Assembly: GCA_030390025.1 (NCBI GenBank)
Contig: CM059432.1
Location: 151,220,001-151,284,000, forward strand
Source of the DNA: Squalus acanthias
Taxonomy: Eukaryota
Direction: 5' to 3'
Length of the DNA stretch: 64,000 nt
A program made the position numbers and the translations under genes. Shown piece by piece: positions 62,791 to 64,000 of the stretch; position 1 is the stretch's first letter; each line of letters opens with the position of its first letter. Below the pieces are notes generated by a model, which was given only the letters and a program-made list of their open reading frames with translations, did not search any database and was not told the origin of the DNA.

Positions 62791-63224
62791 CCCATTGTTC
62801 AGAGAACAAAGGATCAGATAGAGCTAGTAGAGGTAAAACAGGGTGTCGCTTATAATGGTTGATCAGAATTAAGGTTCTTTGTTAAAACCTTTGAGATCGA
62901 AGTTGGAGAAGAAAAGCAAGCAAATAACTAGACTTTCTGTTTTGGAGAACTAGTATTGGCACCGGCAGGATGAAAGGGAGGGGAAAGGAGGATTCACATA
63001 ACTCCCAAGAGACAGCTTTGGCGGGGGAGCAGGGAGCAGGCTCTGCAGGCTCGGGTAGCAGACGGCAGTTGATGTGTCTTTTCAATGAAGCTGTATTTAG
63101 CCGCTCTAATCTAAATTTACAGAGGTTACAAGCAGAGGTAAAGTTGTCTTGAGATACCTCAGACTGACCAAGATGCAAATGTAGCCTTTTCACAAGCAGA
63201 ACAGCTGGCATAATTCAACCAAGA

Positions 63225-64000
63225 TAAGAACATAAGAACATAAGAAATAGGAGCAGGAGTCGGCCATTCGGCCCTTCGAGCCTGCTCCGCCATTCAATAA
63301 GATCATGGTTGATCTTCTGCCTCAACTCCATTCACCGGCCATATCGCCATATTCCTTGATGCCCTTACTAGTCAGAAATCTATCGACTTCTGTTTTGAAT
63401 ATACCCAATGACTGAGCCTCCACAGCCCTCTGGGGTAGAGAATTCCAAAGATTCACCACCCTCTGTGCGAAGAAATTTCTTCTCATCTCAGTCCTGAATG
63501 GCCTACCCTTTATCTTGAGGCTGTGGCCCCTGGTTCTAGACTCCCCAGCCAAGGGAAACATTCTCCAGCATCCACCCTATCAAGCCCTGTAATAATTTTG
63601 TATGCTTCAATGAGATCCCCTCTCATTCTTCTGAATTCAAGAGAATACAGGCCTAGTTTACTCAATCTCTTCTCATACGACAGTCCAGCCATCCGAGGAA
63701 TCAATCTCGTGAACCTTCGTTGCACTCCCTCTATGGCAAGTATATCCTTCCTTAGGTAAGGAGACCAAAATTGTACACAGTACTCCAGGTGTGGTCTCAC
63801 CAAGGCCCTATATAATTGGAGTAAGACTTCTTTACTCCTGTACTCAAATCCTCTTGTAATGAAGGCCAGCATACCATTTGCCTTCCTAATGGCTTGCTGC
63901 ACCTGCACATTCACTTTCAGTGACTCATGTACAAGGACACCCAGGTCCCTTTGAGCATCTGCATTCCCCAATTTTTCACCATTTAGGAAATACTCTGCCT
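63225..64000 (-). mobile_element. CR1 3' part, runs off the window end
   Basis: (aagaacat)n tail; QRDLGVLVH...LEYCVQFWSP...FFAQRVVNLWNSLP. Confidence 0.95.

Noticed and set aside
62882..63211. 109-aa ORF and other short unique-region ORFs (e.g. 39897-40205, 37356-37580)
   Set aside because: No recognisable domain or consistent splice structure; lengths compatible with chance

Overview
Repeat-dense, gene-poor vertebrate DNA, most likely intronic or intergenic sequence from a cartilaginous fish (shark). That assignment is inferred from the repeat families: HER1/CR1-type LINEs, tRNA-headed Deu-domain SINEs, Penelope-like termini, and RTE and L2 remnants. I could not identify a host protein-coding gene; nearly all long ORFs are decayed TE proteins or translated tandem repeats. 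The window holds four degenerate two-gene PIF/Harbinger transposons (DDE transposase plus a convergent, 3-exon Myb/SANT gene) and about 15 related MITEs with 3-bp TSDs. It also holds a hAT MITE, two about 1-kb solo LTRs with 4-bp TSDs, many nested CR1 copies and six GC-rich minisatellites, each traceable to a TE seed. Most notable: (i) a palindromic Harbinger target preference, with two different MITE families hitting the same nucleotide of two CR1 copies; (ii) minimal hammerhead ribozyme motifs in the Penelope-like ends, one split by a MITE exactly at the cleavage triplet; (iii) repeated minisatellite birth inside TEs; (iv) unexplained long hairpins and an inverted duplication in unique DNA. 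Coordinates were read by eye and may be off by a few bases unless TSDs are quoted.
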